In this document: positions 64,000 through 64,000 of the stretch, piece after piece
How positions within the stretch are numbered: the first letter of the stretch is position 1
Layout: each line of letters begins with the position of its first letter
IMG/VR virus record: IMGVR_UViG_3300031992_000033
Span: 1-64,000 of that record
Reading direction: 5' to 3' (one strand)
Length of the DNA stretch: 64,000 nucleotides
From: a virus
Lineage: Duplodnaviria; Caudoviricetes
Made by a program: the position numbers and the translations under genes
The notes under the pieces: generated by a model
Databases searched by the model: none
What the model was told of the DNA's origin: nothing
The model's input: the letters and a program-made list of their open reading frames with translations, nothing else

Positions 64000-64000
64000 T

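Overview
The window is part of a large, AT-rich tailed phage genome. The host is probably an anaerobic Firmicute (inferred from sigmaA-type TTGACA-N17-TATAAT promoters with extended -10, strong AGGAGG RBSs, class III RNR and a replication module resembling that of SPbeta). Bases 1-13.2 kb (+ strand) hold the end of the tail module, two BspA/DUF285 repeat proteins, holin-like membrane proteins and a papain-family protease. Everything from 13.2 kb onward is on the - strand: nrdD, a two-catalytic-domain endolysin, dnaE, a ThyX-like gene with an HNH endonuclease, rtcB, a ~5.2 kb tRNA/ncRNA array containing a DUF2828-type vWA protein, gmk, a PD-(D/E)XK nuclease, primase, IscS, DnaB, an ATPase and an SSB-like protein, then ~23 kb of small accessory genes, a tyrosine recombinase and a solo HicA. 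The most striking signal is a family of five small structured RNAs sharing the consensus G[U/G]GA[C/U]NNNN-ACAGCA[A/G]. Four are predicted to be co-transcribed with the DUF2828 (Ro60/TROVE-like) gene, three carry canonical tRNA anticodon loops (Asn, Tyr, Thr), and one is circularly permuted and grafted into the anticodon arm of a full tRNA. With RtcB nearby, this looks like an analogue of the Ro60-Y RNA-RtcB system that I do not recognise as described. All calls were made by eye with no database search; several start codons were moved from the ORF track to the RBS-supported ATG.
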